A stretch of 64,000 nucleotides of DNA from Coleofasciculaceae cyanobacterium (lineage in GTDB: Bacteria > Cyanobacteriota > Cyanobacteriia > Cyanobacteriales > Xenococcaceae), in contig DATNPK010000082.1 in NCBI GenBank assembly GCA_036703275.1, positions 86,130-150,129 of the forward strand, read 5' to 3'. Under the pieces are notes generated by a model. The model searched no databases. It had not been told where the DNA came from and worked only from the letters and a program-made list of their open reading frames with translations. The position numbers and the translations under genes are program-made. Positions 53,831 to 63,551 of this stretch are shown here, piece after piece (positions within the stretch are counted from its first letter, which is position 1; each line of letters begins with the position of its first letter).

Positions 53831-56800
53831 ATGCAGTTACAAGATCGCTCTTGGCGCATTAGCTACTCCAGCAACGAAAATAATCCCATCGCCGATTTTT
53901 ACATTCCTGCCTTAGAATGCGCGGTGCAATACGATCGCAAGTCAGGATTCTTTGGTAGTGCCATCCTGAGTCAAGTAGCTAGGGGAATTGGGGCTATGCT
54001 GCACAATCAGGGCAAGATGCGCTTGATTATGGGCTGCCAGTTTAGTCCCCAGGATATAGCAGCGATAGAAAAGGGTTATGAATTGAGAGAGGCTTTAGCT
54101 TTTCGTCTAGAAGCTGACTTGCAAGCACCAGAAAACTTTGTTCAATTAAAACACTTCGAGATTCTTAGCTGGTTGATTGCCAATGAATATTTAGATATTA
54201 AAATTGCCGTACCTACCAAGGATAAAGGTATTCCGATTGAAAGCGATCGCTTGCTCGATCCACAGCACATATTTCACGAAAAGGTAGGAATTTTTACCGA
54301 TAGTAAGGGCGATCGCCTTGCTTTTAGTGGCTCAAACAATGAATCTTTGGGCGGATGGGAGAAAAATGTAGAATCCTTTCATGTTTATTGCGATTGGGAA
54401 GGCGATCGCGATTTAGAGAGGGTTAACGAAGAAGCTTATAGGTTTGAACAGCTTTGGAACGATCTATCTCCCAATGTTAAAATTTTCGATCTGCCAGAAG
54501 CAGTAAAGCGGAAACTCTTAAAGTATACTCCTGACAGTAAGCCAAGTTGGAAAAAAGAATCAGAACTAAAAGAAGAACAATACAGTCGTTCGGAAGTTTT
54601 AATTGAGAAGGAGGAAGACAAAAGCTTAGAGTTACCAAAATCTCAGTCTAAGCTTCCCGATCCTTGGGAAATTGAAAAAGAGAAGCAAGCTTTTGGGCAA
54701 TTATTAAATATTCATCAGCATCCAGGTTGCTTAGATTTTTGCCTAAAATCGATTCCCATTCAACCTTGGGCGCATCAGTTAAAAATCTTACGTCGAGTTG
54801 CCGATAAATTTCCTTGTAGCTTTCTCATTGCCGATGAAGTCGGTTTGGGTAAAACCATTGAAACTGGGCTAATTCTGCGCTATTTAATAGTCAGTAAAAA
54901 GGTAAAAAGAGTTTTAATTCTTGCCCCTGCTAGCGTTCAACCCCAATGGCAAGAAGAATTGAGAGAAAAGTTTAATCTCCATTTTTGGAGTTACAGTCAA
55001 GGTAAATTTAAAGACTGCTATGGAACAACTACCACGCCAGCTTTAAATCCCTGGAACACTCAAGATTTAGTTTTAGCCTCATCCCATTTAGTCCGACGCA
55101 CTGAAAGGATAGAAGAACTATTAGCAGCCGAACCTTGGGATTTAGTTATTCTCGATGAGGCACACCACGCCCGTCGTAAAAGCCCCCAACAGCGTAAAGA
55201 TACCCCAAATCGCTTGCTTCAATTGATGCAGCAGTTGCGAAACAAAACCGAGTCTCTAATTCTCCTGTCTGCTACTCCAATGCAAATCGATCCCATAGAA
55301 GTATTCGATCTACTGGATATTTTGGGATTAGAAGGTCATTGGAGTTATGGCGAAAATTTCTGCAATTACTTTGCTTCGCTTTCAGATCGACCAGATAGCC
55401 ACACTTTAGACTTCTGGCAAACCATGTCTGTTGATTATTTTTGTCGCGGTGGTAGTGAATGCGATCGCTTGGAAGAACATTTAACAAATGGCGATCGCTT
55501 GCTGGCTTATAAACTGCGAGATACCTGGAAAGATGGCAAAAGTATTGTCAATCCTAAGAAATTAGCCAAAGATACTCCTTTTCTAAATGCTTCCCGCCAT
55601 TATCTAACCGTTAATACCCCTCTCAAAGATTTGATGTTCCGCCATACCCGCGATACTTTGAGGCAATATTACCAACTAGGTATTTTAGACCGAGATATTC
55701 CCCGAAGGTTAGTCAGCGATAATGCGATCGCTCTCGAACCAAACCGAGAAGTACCTTTATACCAAGCTGTTAGCGATTATGTACGTCACTTTTATAAATT
55801 GGCACAAAAAGAAAACCGTAAAGCCCTGGGCTTTTTAATGACTTTATATCGCAAACGTCTTACAAGTTCCTTTTACGCCATCCGCGAATCTCTCCAGAGA
55901 CGCTTAGAAGGCATTAACAATATTTCCCAAGACGATCTTAGCGACTTGGATGATGCCGACGATGCAGTCATTACAGGACTAGAAGCCTATTTAGAAGAAC
56001 CAGTAGACCCCAAAGAAATTGAATATCTCGAAGACTTACTACGGCAGTTTGAGAATACAGGAGAAGATAGCAAGCTATCCCATTTCCTAACTATTTTGCG
56101 TCGAGAACTGAGTCAAAGAGAAAGCGCGATCGTGTTTACTCAATATACTGACACGATGGATTATTTAAGAGAGAACTTACAGCAGCTATATGGTTCTCAA
56201 GTAGCTTGCTATTCAGGAAGAGGAGGCGAGTTGTATCGAGCAGGAGAATGGCAAACAGTACCCAAAGAACAAATCAAAAAACAGTTTCGCGAAGGTACAA
56301 TCAAACTGCTACTCTGTACCGAATCTGCCAGCGAGGGCTTAAACCTTCAAACCTGTGGGGTACTAGTTAACTACGATCTACCTTGGAATCCTATGAGAGT
56401 AGAACAGCGTATCGGTAGAATCGATCGCATCGGTCAAGTTTATCCCACAGTTCATATCCATAACTTCTATTACGACGGTACGGTAGAAGCAAAAGTATAT
56501 CGAAGATTGCGCGATCGCATTGATGCTTTTCAAACTGTAGTGGGCAATTTACAGCCGATTTTAGCTCAAGTTCCCACTTTTATCGAACAAGCCGTTATGA
56601 GTGCCGATCCTGAAGAAGAAGGAGTATTACTAGCAGAATTCGAGCAGGTGTTGGACACTCCACCCTTACGCCCTGGCTTAGAGGAAATGAGCGCAATGGA
56701 TGTCCAAGCTGACTTAAAAGAAATTCGTAAACCACTTGTTTCTAGTCCTGTTACTCCAGAACAAATAGAAGCACTCTTTACTAACTGCCGAATGTTAATA

Positions 56801-57022
56801 GCTGAAAATATCTTTTTTGAATCAAAGGGCAATCGCGTCTGGGAAATGACTTACAAAAACAAAGTCTATTCTGTAACTTTTTATCCTGAAGTTTTTGATG
56901 AAAACCCTTCTTTGCGATTGATGACTTTTGGCGATTATTTATTTCAAAAGATATTAGAAGTAATAATTTCTGAACGCGATCGATTATATTGCATTCATCA
57001 GCAAAATACCCACACACCCTAA
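53831..57022 (+). CDS. PLD-family (HKD) nuclease domain fused to an SNF2-family helicase
   Basis: 1063-aa ORF. The N-terminal HKD motif is HEKVGIFTDSKGDRLAFSGSNNES. The helicase motifs are LIADEVGLGKTIE (I), ILDEAHHARR (II), LSATPMQ (III), and the C-terminal LNLQTCGVLVNYDLPWNPMRVEQRIGRIDRIGQ. Confidence 0.85.
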   Translation: MQLQDRSWRISYSSNENNPIADFYIPALECAVQYDRKSGFFGSAILSQVARGIGAMLHNQGKMRLIMGCQFSPQDIAAIEKGYELREALAFRLEADLQAPENFVQLKHFEILSWLIANEYLDIKIAVPTKDKGIPIESDRLLDPQHIFHEKVGIFTDSKGDRLAFSGSNNESLGGWEKNVESFHVYCDWEGDRDLERVNEEAYRFEQLWNDLSPNVKIFDLPEAVKRKLLKYTPDSKPSWKKESELKEEQYSRSEVLIEKEEDKSLELPKSQSKLPDPWEIEKEKQAFGQLLNIHQHPGCLDFCLKSIPIQPWAHQLKILRRVADKFPCSFLIADEVGLGKTIETGLILRYLIVSKKVKRVLILAPASVQPQWQEELREKFNLHFWSYSQGKFKDCYGTTTTPALNPWNTQDLVLASSHLVRRTERIEELLAAEPWDLVILDEAHHARRKSPQQRKDTPNRLLQLMQQLRNKTESLILLSATPMQIDPIEVFDLLDILGLEGHWSYGENFCNYFASLSDRPDSHTLDFWQTMSVDYFCRGGSECDRLEEHLTNGDRLLAYKLRDTWKDGKSIVNPKKLAKDTPFLNASRHYLTVNTPLKDLMFRHTRDTLRQYYQLGILDRDIPRRLVSDNAIALEPNREVPLYQAVSDYVRHFYKLAQKENRKALGFLMTLYRKRLTSSFYAIRESLQRRLEGINNISQDDLSDLDDADDAVITGLEAYLEEPVDPKEIEYLEDLLRQFENTGEDSKLSHFLTILRRELSQRESAIVFTQYTDTMDYLRENLQQLYGSQVACYSGRGGELYRAGEWQTVPKEQIKKQFREGTIKLLLCTESASEGLNLQTCGVLVNYDLPWNPMRVEQRIGRIDRIGQVYPTVHIHNFYYDGTVEAKVYRRLRDRIDAFQTVVGNLQPILAQVPTFIEQAVMSADPEEEGVLLAEFEQVLDTPPLRPGLEEMSAMDVQADLKEIRKPLVSSPVTPEQIEALFTNCRMLIAENIFFESKGNRVWEMTYKNKVYSVTFYPEVFDENPSLRLMTFGDYLFQKILEVIISERDRLYCIHQQNTHTP

Positions 57023-57568
57023 AAGTGTAAAGATAGGAACGATCCAAGCAATTATTACCGTTTGACGGACATATTTTGTTGTTGTTTCAGTTTGTACCAC
57101 TAGCTGTTGCTGCTTCTTGAGTAAAACCGAAACTGAGTTAACTAAGCCTGTTGAGATCGTCTGAAGATTCCGCTCCCGCGTTGCCAATTCTTCGATTGCT
57201 CGAAGCAGTTTGGTATCTAATTGCTGCTGATTCTGCTCGATATTTTGTAGCTGCCCATTTAGCTGCTCACTAATCCAGTTAGAGATATCGGCTATCTGAG
57301 TTGTATAAGCCTCAGCCGACTCTTCAAGCTCTTGTTTTGCCCTAACTATCTTCTCCCCAGAAGCTCCTAATACTTCAACAGCAGCTATGTTCTGTGCCAC
57401 ACAAAAATAAAAATCGAACAACTCATTGTTGAGAAAGTACTGATTATCATTCAGCCATCGATATACTCGCTGTATAATTTCTGGCTTCTCTTTACCTAGT
57501 CTTTGCTCAATAAATTCTTGTAGCTCTTGCTGCTGTTGAGGTAAAGTTGGCTTCTTTAAATAAGTCAC
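56984..57568 (-). CDS. hypothetical coiled-coil protein with C-terminal TM helix
   Basis: 194-aa ORF that is Q/E/L-rich. Its C-terminal hydrophobic segment is IIAWIVPIFTLLGCVGILL. Its last 39 nt overlap the convergent helicase 3' end. Confidence 0.4.
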   Translation of the reverse strand: MTYLKKPTLPQQQQELQEFIEQRLGKEKPEIIQRVYRWLNDNQYFLNNELFDFYFCVAQNIAAVEVLGASGEKIVRAKQELEESAEAYTTQIADISNWISEQLNGQLQNIEQNQQQLDTKLLRAIEELATRERNLQTISTGLVNSVSVLLKKQQQLVVQTETTTKYVRQTVIIAWIVPIFTLLGCVGILLMNAI

Positions 57569-58326
57569 GCTTTTAACCTCAAGCTTTCAACCTTAAAACC
57601 AGCATCATCTAGCACAGCATATACTCGTCTCATATATCCCCGTAATCCTGCTAACTGAGCCGTACTAAACTCCGAATGTCTTCTGGCTTCGGTAAAACTT
57701 AGAGCATTTTTATATACTGTAGTCGCTGTATCGAACCTCAACTTCGGTAAGTCAATTACCTTCAACTCATATTTCGCAATTAACTCGGTCGTAATAAATT
57801 GGTCAAAGCTATCCCAGTCCTCACATCTGCCCAAGTTTCTAACTAATATATGAGTCGCATTATCTTTAACAAACTCTAGCGTCCTCAAAAAACCCTCATA
57901 GCATTCAACTGAGTCATCCAGCACGTACCAATTCTGAATCTCCACCCCTAGATCTTTTGAAGCCTCTAAAATATCGCTAGCTGTCAACCAGTGATTAAAC
58001 GCTTCTTCTACATTCCCTGGCAGATCCACTAACACCAATTTCTCTAAAGCCAAATCTAAAATCTTATCTGGTATCTTTAGATTGCGATCTAACTCACTAA
58101 ATCTAGTCGGCAAAGCAAACTCAGGATAAGCTTTCAAAAAACTCTCTTGTCTATCCGCATCCACCGCATAAAAATCTAGCTCCGATTCTAGACAGTAAGC
58201 AGCCTTTAATTTAGATAGCAGTGTCTTCCCCACACCACCTTTCTTACAGTTAGATATTTGAATACCTGGACGAGTTGGAATTATTGTCGATGTCGATTCC
58301 GTCTTGTCTATTTTGACTTTGACCAT
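57565..58326 (-). CDS. ParA/MinD-like P-loop ATPase (TraL-like position)
   Basis: 253-aa ORF with the deviant Walker A ISNCKKGGVGKTLLS and the Walker B-like LVLVDLPG. It is the middle gene of a three-gene unit divergent from the relaxase. Confidence 0.65.
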   Translation of the reverse strand: MVKVKIDKTESTSTIIPTRPGIQISNCKKGGVGKTLLSKLKAAYCLESELDFYAVDADRQESFLKAYPEFALPTRFSELDRNLKIPDKILDLALEKLVLVDLPGNVEEAFNHWLTASDILEASKDLGVEIQNWYVLDDSVECYEGFLRTLEFVKDNATHILVRNLGRCEDWDSFDQFITTELIAKYELKVIDLPKLRFDTATTVYKNALSFTEARRHSEFSTAQLAGLRGYMRRVYAVLDDAGFKVESLRLKA

Positions 58327-58332
58327 GATGAT

Positions 58333-58722
58333 TTATTTACTCGCAAATAACTTATCTACTGCCGACTGCTTCCTATCTGGTTGATTGGTCTGACTATTTA
58401 CTTCTGTTTCGATTTGTTCAGGCTCTTTGGTCGGCAAGATCGAACTAACGGTATTAGTTTCTTCCTTTGCCTCTTCATTCAAAGAACGACGATATTCAGT
58501 GTGATATTGCTTTAACGTAGCAGCACTAATCTTGACACCACTTTCTGTTATCGATTCAGCCAAGTCATCATATTCACATCCTCTAGCTAAAGCTGCCTCA
58601 ATTCTCAGATGTAACTTAGCCACTAGCGTTCTCAAATACCCTGGTTTTGATGCCTTGTCTTTTGTCTTATCAATCTTCTTGGCAATCGCTTTCTCTATTG
58701 GACTTAGTTCCGACTGATTCAT
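58333..58722 (-). CDS. hypothetical small basic protein (possible relaxosome accessory protein)
   Basis: 129-aa ORF that is the first gene divergent from the relaxase promoter/oriT region. I recognise no motif. Confidence 0.35.
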   Translation of the reverse strand: MNQSELSPIEKAIAKKIDKTKDKASKPGYLRTLVAKLHLRIEAALARGCEYDDLAESITESGVKISAATLKQYHTEYRRSLNEEAKEETNTVSSILPTKEPEQIETEVNSQTNQPDRKQSAVDKLFASK

Positions 58723-59043
58723 TTTCTTTTTTTTGTTTCACTTATTTGATTATTGTGCCAAATATTCGGTAAATAAAACAATTTATTTAACAAAAAAAAT
58801 CACTTTCAGTGAGATAAGTTATGTTTAACAAGGCTAGTTATATACTGGTTTAAATTCCACACCTGATGCACCCTTGGTGAGAATAAAATAAATTATTGAG
58901 GTTTTATAAATAAATATAGATTAGGTATTTTTGGCTATTTTTAAACATCAATAATAAGAAATATAAATTGTTTTTTAAGCAGTAGTTTTAAATAATTAAA
59001 AATGTCACCATCAAAAAAGATTAAACAAGCAAAATAATTAAAG
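58723..59043. promoter_or_regulatory. AT-rich divergent intergenic region, candidate oriT/promoters
   Basis: This 321-nt gap lies between divergent accessory genes and the MobF relaxase. It contains short inverted repeats such as TAAATAAA-acaa-TTTATTTA near 58771-58790. I cannot identify a nic site by eye. Confidence 0.3.
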
Positions 59044-61953
59044 ATGGTTTGCTCAATTGGTAGACTTTACGCCAAAGTAAATGACTATGCGACTGACAAT
59101 TACTACACTCAAAACCAAGGATTAGATAATAGTCAGTGGTATGGGCAAGGTGCAGAAATACTCGGTCTTAATGGTCAAGTTTCAACGGAAGAATATAACA
59201 ATGCCTATCAAGGACTAGACAATCGAGGAAATCCTTTACGTCAAAGGCAATCAGGCAAAAAATATAATCCAGGCAGAGATATTACGTTATCTGCTCCCAA
59301 ATCAGTGACGCTACTAGGTCTAGTAAAAGAAGATAAGGAAGTAATCGCAGCTCACAAAGAAGCAGTAAAAACCACTCTTACTTATATAGAGAGAAACTGT
59401 ATCTTTACTAGAACGGGTAAAGGAGGAGTAAATCACCTCCAGACAGACAATGCTTTATTCGCTATCTTTCAACATGACGATAATCGCAACCTAGATCCCC
59501 AACTCCATAGCCACTGTGTAATTTTTAATCAGACACAAGCAGCAGATGGCAAATGGCGTTCTATGGACAACCGCGAGCTATACCAGCAGAAGATGACTAT
59601 TGGTATGGTCTACCATCACGAGCTTGGTAGAAGAATTCAAACCCTCGGATATGAACTCGACTGGAACCGCGATGGTACTTTTGATGTTCGAGGTTATAGT
59701 CAATCTCAGTTAAAAGAATTTAGCACTCGTAAACAGGAGATAGAAAAAGCTGTAGGAGTTGAAGCTAGTGCAGCAACCAAAGCAAGAGCCTGCACTACAA
59801 CACGTAAAAGCAAAGTACATCAGGCGGAGTCAGAAAGAAGAGAGCTTAAACAAATATGGCAGCAAAGAGCCAAGCAGTTAGATATTCGACATCCTCAAGT
59901 CAATGATCGACATCAGCAGGTTACTAATTTAAAAGATAAAAGTAAATTAGTAATTGAAGCTACAGAGATAGTTAGCGAACGCCAGGTCGCTTTTCCCAGG
60001 CATATTCTTCTTAAAGAATCTCTGCGACAATCTCAAGGTGAGTATTGTATTGAAGATTTAGAAAGAGAGATTAATCAAAGTAGTAGTTTAATTAAAACTC
60101 AAGATGGCAGATTAACGACCGAAGCAGCAATAGATAGAGAAAAACAGATTCTTTATCTGGCTAGAAACAGCAAAGAAAAATATAGTCCCCTAGCAGATAT
60201 AGAGACTGCTAAACATCAAGCTCAAAAACTAGGACTAAATAAAGCTCAGGCGATTGCTCTGAAGAATTTTGTAAATAGTCGGGATGGTGTAATACTTTGC
60301 CAAGGTGATGCAGGAGTAGGCAAAACTTACACCGTAAAAGCTCTAAAAGAAACTATTGACCGAGATATTTCAATGCGGGGTTTAGCTCCCAGTGCCTCTG
60401 CTGCGGGAGAACTAAGCAAAGGTGCGGATATCAATTGTCAAACCTTAGATGCTTATCTCAAGATTTCGATAAAGTCACTGCCCAAGAACGAACTAATTGT
60501 GGTGGATGAAGCGGGGATGATTAGCAGTACTCAAATGAAAAACCTGCTAGAAAGAGGTGAACAAACAAACTCCCGCATACTCCTAATTGGTGATACAAAA
60601 CAGCTAGCTGCGGTACAGGCTGGTTCACCTCTTAAACTGCTTCAAGAAAAAGCCAAATTACCGACCATCAGAATCGATAAAAATGTCAGACAACAGAATG
60701 TACAGCTAAAAGAAGTAGTCGATCTATTATCCGCAGGAGAGATAAAGCAGGGATATCAAAAGCTCAACGAACAAAACAGCGTTAAGCAGATACCGATTGA
60801 TAGTTTGAGATTGAAGGCTGTGGTCAATGACTACCTAACAAGAGATGTAAAGACTCAATCTCAAACCTTGATTTTAGCGGGGACAAACAAAGAAAAAGAA
60901 GTCATCACTAAGCAGGTACGGCAAGGCTTAATCGAGCAGGATAAATTAAGTCGGCACTCTCAACAAATTCATATACTCACGCCCAAGGATTTAGATAAAT
61001 TCACCCTAATTCAAGCCAACGGTTATGAGATAGGAGACGTAGTTAAGTTCAGCCATACCAGTGCCAGATTTAGTAAAGATCTCTACTACCGAGTTGATGC
61101 CGTAGACAGTCAAACCAAAACTCTGATTCTCAGAGATAGCCTAGGCAACAAACAAGATTTAGAACTGAATACTTATAAAGACCGTGCCGTATTTCAATCT
61201 GAGACTCGCGAGCTTCGTTGTGGAGAACAAATGAAGTTTACCCGCAACCACTATCAGAATCAACAGAAGCAGATTAATGGGCAACAGTTCACTGTGTTGG
61301 GCTTTAACGCTAATGGACAAATAGAAATAAAGACTAAAGGCAAAACTCAGACAGTTAATCCCGATGCTCTCTTATATTCCGACTATCGCTACGTCGATAC
61401 AGTCCACAGTAGCCAGGGTAAGACAGCTAACTACTGCATCTATGCTGTGGGTTCTGGTAAGTCTCTCATGCTAGGCAGAGAAAGTTTCTACGTCGCAGCA
61501 TCTAGAGCCAAACATGAATTTAAAGTATATACCGCTAGTACAAAAGCTTTAGGACTATCAATCGAAAAATCTAGAGGGCAGGAGAATGCTCTCAATCTAA
61601 TTATGAAACAAAAACTCGACAGCCAATTATCGACTCCATCTAGAGAACAAGAGTTCAAATTACTTGTTTCGGCTAAGTATCTAGTTGAAAGCCAAGGAAT
61701 ACTAGACCCTAATAATTCTCACAGTAAGAGTTATAAGTCAGCAGATGGAACAGAAATTAAACGAGATAAGGATTCTCTGACTGTTACCCATCAAGATAAA
61801 GAACTCGTTTTTAATCGAGATAACTCTACGGTCAGAAATACTTTTACTGTCAACGAAATAGACCGCCAAATTCAATCCAGAAATCTGGAGATGCAGCAGC
61901 ACCTCAATCAAAATCGTACTCAAACTCAATCATTAACAATCGGTAGATCATGA
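59044..61953 (+). CDS. MobF-family conjugative relaxase (TrwC/TraI-like) with C-terminal RecD-like helicase
   Basis: 969-aa ORF. The N-terminal relaxase domain has the Tyr cluster (DYATDNYYTQ) and the 3-His motif (FQHDDNRNLDPQLHSHCVIFN). The helicase has Walker A GDAGVGKTY and VVDEAGM, and a C-terminal DTVHSSQGKT. Confidence 0.9.
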   Translation: MVCSIGRLYAKVNDYATDNYYTQNQGLDNSQWYGQGAEILGLNGQVSTEEYNNAYQGLDNRGNPLRQRQSGKKYNPGRDITLSAPKSVTLLGLVKEDKEVIAAHKEAVKTTLTYIERNCIFTRTGKGGVNHLQTDNALFAIFQHDDNRNLDPQLHSHCVIFNQTQAADGKWRSMDNRELYQQKMTIGMVYHHELGRRIQTLGYELDWNRDGTFDVRGYSQSQLKEFSTRKQEIEKAVGVEASAATKARACTTTRKSKVHQAESERRELKQIWQQRAKQLDIRHPQVNDRHQQVTNLKDKSKLVIEATEIVSERQVAFPRHILLKESLRQSQGEYCIEDLEREINQSSSLIKTQDGRLTTEAAIDREKQILYLARNSKEKYSPLADIETAKHQAQKLGLNKAQAIALKNFVNSRDGVILCQGDAGVGKTYTVKALKETIDRDISMRGLAPSASAAGELSKGADINCQTLDAYLKISIKSLPKNELIVVDEAGMISSTQMKNLLERGEQTNSRILLIGDTKQLAAVQAGSPLKLLQEKAKLPTIRIDKNVRQQNVQLKEVVDLLSAGEIKQGYQKLNEQNSVKQIPIDSLRLKAVVNDYLTRDVKTQSQTLILAGTNKEKEVITKQVRQGLIEQDKLSRHSQQIHILTPKDLDKFTLIQANGYEIGDVVKFSHTSARFSKDLYYRVDAVDSQTKTLILRDSLGNKQDLELNTYKDRAVFQSETRELRCGEQMKFTRNHYQNQQKQINGQQFTVLGFNANGQIEIKTKGKTQTVNPDALLYSDYRYVDTVHSSQGKTANYCIYAVGSGKSLMLGRESFYVAASRAKHEFKVYTASTKALGLSIEKSRGQENALNLIMKQKLDSQLSTPSREQEFKLLVSAKYLVESQGILDPNNSHSKSYKSADGTEIKRDKDSLTVTHQDKELVFNRDNSTVRNTFTVNEIDRQIQSRNLEMQQHLNQNRTQTQSLTIGRS

Positions 61954-63551
61954 AAGCCAAAAATAACGATAATTCTTCTTTGATAGCAACATTCATGATG
62001 CTTGCCATACTCTTATTAGTTTTGTGGGGAGTGAAAAATACAGAGGTTGCTTTGTTTCTGATTGAGCATCCAGTTGTAATTTTGCCCTATGTGTTTGAAA
62101 AACTAGTAGATAAGTTTGGCTATTTTAAATTAATCTTTATTGGGTTTATCATCGCTTTTATCCTAATATTTCTGCTAGTCAAACCTGATGATAAGCTTAT
62201 CAAGCACAATCGAAATGTGATTCGGGGATCGAAAGTACTACCTTTTCGCCAACTTAAAAGCATACTAAAAAAACTACCAAGACTTAAGAAACAGCCTCAA
62301 TTAAAAATTGCAGGTATGCCCATTCCTGCCAAGCTAGAAAATCGTGGCTTCTTTATGTTTGGTTCTCCTGGGACTGGTAAAACTCAGGCTATCAGCCAGA
62401 TGACGGATATCATCAGCAAAAGAACAGATTTCCGCGCTATTGTCTTCGATCGCAATGGGGAGATGTTAGAGAAATTCTACAATCCTAGAAGAGATTTTAT
62501 TTTCAATCCCTTTGATGCTCGTTCTGTCCACTGGAGTCATGTTCATGAGGCAGCTAGATCTGAAACTATGGCAGCAGCGTTGATTCCACAAGAGTCCGCC
62601 AAAGAGCCTTTTTTCTCTAATGCAGGTAGAGCGGTAATGGCAGAGTTGTTTCGCCAGACTAAAAGCAACGCCGAACTATGGGAGTTATTAAAAAGCGATA
62701 CCAAAACTTTAAGCTCATTTATCTCAGGAACTTTAGCTGCTAGATATTTAGACGAAGAAAGAGCAGCAACTTCGGTGCTGTCTACTGCTTCTAACTACTG
62801 TCAGTTTTACGATTGTTTAACTCAGCCTCAAAATAAAGCTAAAGCCCTTAGTTTTTATGAATGGGGTAGGAGTGATAGTTCTAGTTGGATCTTCGTTACC
62901 TTAAGAGAAGATGAGTCTGAATTGCTTAGACCACTCCATAGCTTGATTTTTGAGTTGATGCTCAAAGGTCTACTATCCAATGAACACCGAACTATGAAAA
63001 CGGCAATTGTTATCGATGAACTGGGTGCATTGAATCAGTTGCCCAGTCTCCATCGTTTACTGAGTGAAAGCCGTAAATTTTTAGGTTGTCCTATTTTGGG
63101 TACTCAGACCGAGGCTCAGATAATCGATAAATACGGGCAGCAACAGACACGAACTATTTTACAGGGAACTAAAACCAAGCTTATTTTGGGCTGTGCTGAC
63201 CCTCAAACAGCAGAAACAATGGCAAAGGTTATTGGCAGACAGGAGTATTGTTACACAGCCGAAAATCAGAGTCGTTCGCGCCATACTGGTAAAAGTGGCA
63301 GTGGTAGAACTGATAGTTTCAATGAGCAGCTACGGGAAGGTTATGCCGTGATGCCCGATCAATTAGCTAACTTACCAGATCTTCGAGGCTATCTGAAAAT
63401 CGCTGAGTATTGCGCTCCGATTAAGTTGAAGCCAAAAAAGTTCAGCGTTCGTGCTAAGAAATTTGTTCCACTAGTAGATTCAGCTATAAATTATGGTGAG
63501 CAAACGATTGAAGAGCAATGGTCTGATTCGGAGGATGATTTAGACGAGTAG
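61950..63551 (+). CDS. type IV secretion coupling protein (TraD/TrwB/VirD4-like)
   Basis: 533-aa ORF. It has two N-terminal TM helices, Walker A FGSPGTGKT and Walker B VIDELG. It has an acidic C-terminal tail (SDSEDDLDE). Its start overlaps the relaxase stop (ATGA). Confidence 0.85.
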   Translation: MKAKNNDNSSLIATFMMLAILLLVLWGVKNTEVALFLIEHPVVILPYVFEKLVDKFGYFKLIFIGFIIAFILIFLLVKPDDKLIKHNRNVIRGSKVLPFRQLKSILKKLPRLKKQPQLKIAGMPIPAKLENRGFFMFGSPGTGKTQAISQMTDIISKRTDFRAIVFDRNGEMLEKFYNPRRDFIFNPFDARSVHWSHVHEAARSETMAAALIPQESAKEPFFSNAGRAVMAELFRQTKSNAELWELLKSDTKTLSSFISGTLAARYLDEERAATSVLSTASNYCQFYDCLTQPQNKAKALSFYEWGRSDSSSWIFVTLREDESELLRPLHSLIFELMLKGLLSNEHRTMKTAIVIDELGALNQLPSLHRLLSESRKFLGCPILGTQTEAQIIDKYGQQQTRTILQGTKTKLILGCADPQTAETMAKVIGRQEYCYTAENQSRSRHTGKSGSGRTDSFNEQLREGYAVMPDQLANLPDLRGYLKIAEYCAPIKLKPKKFSVRAKKFVPLVDSAINYGEQTIEEQWSDSEDDLDE

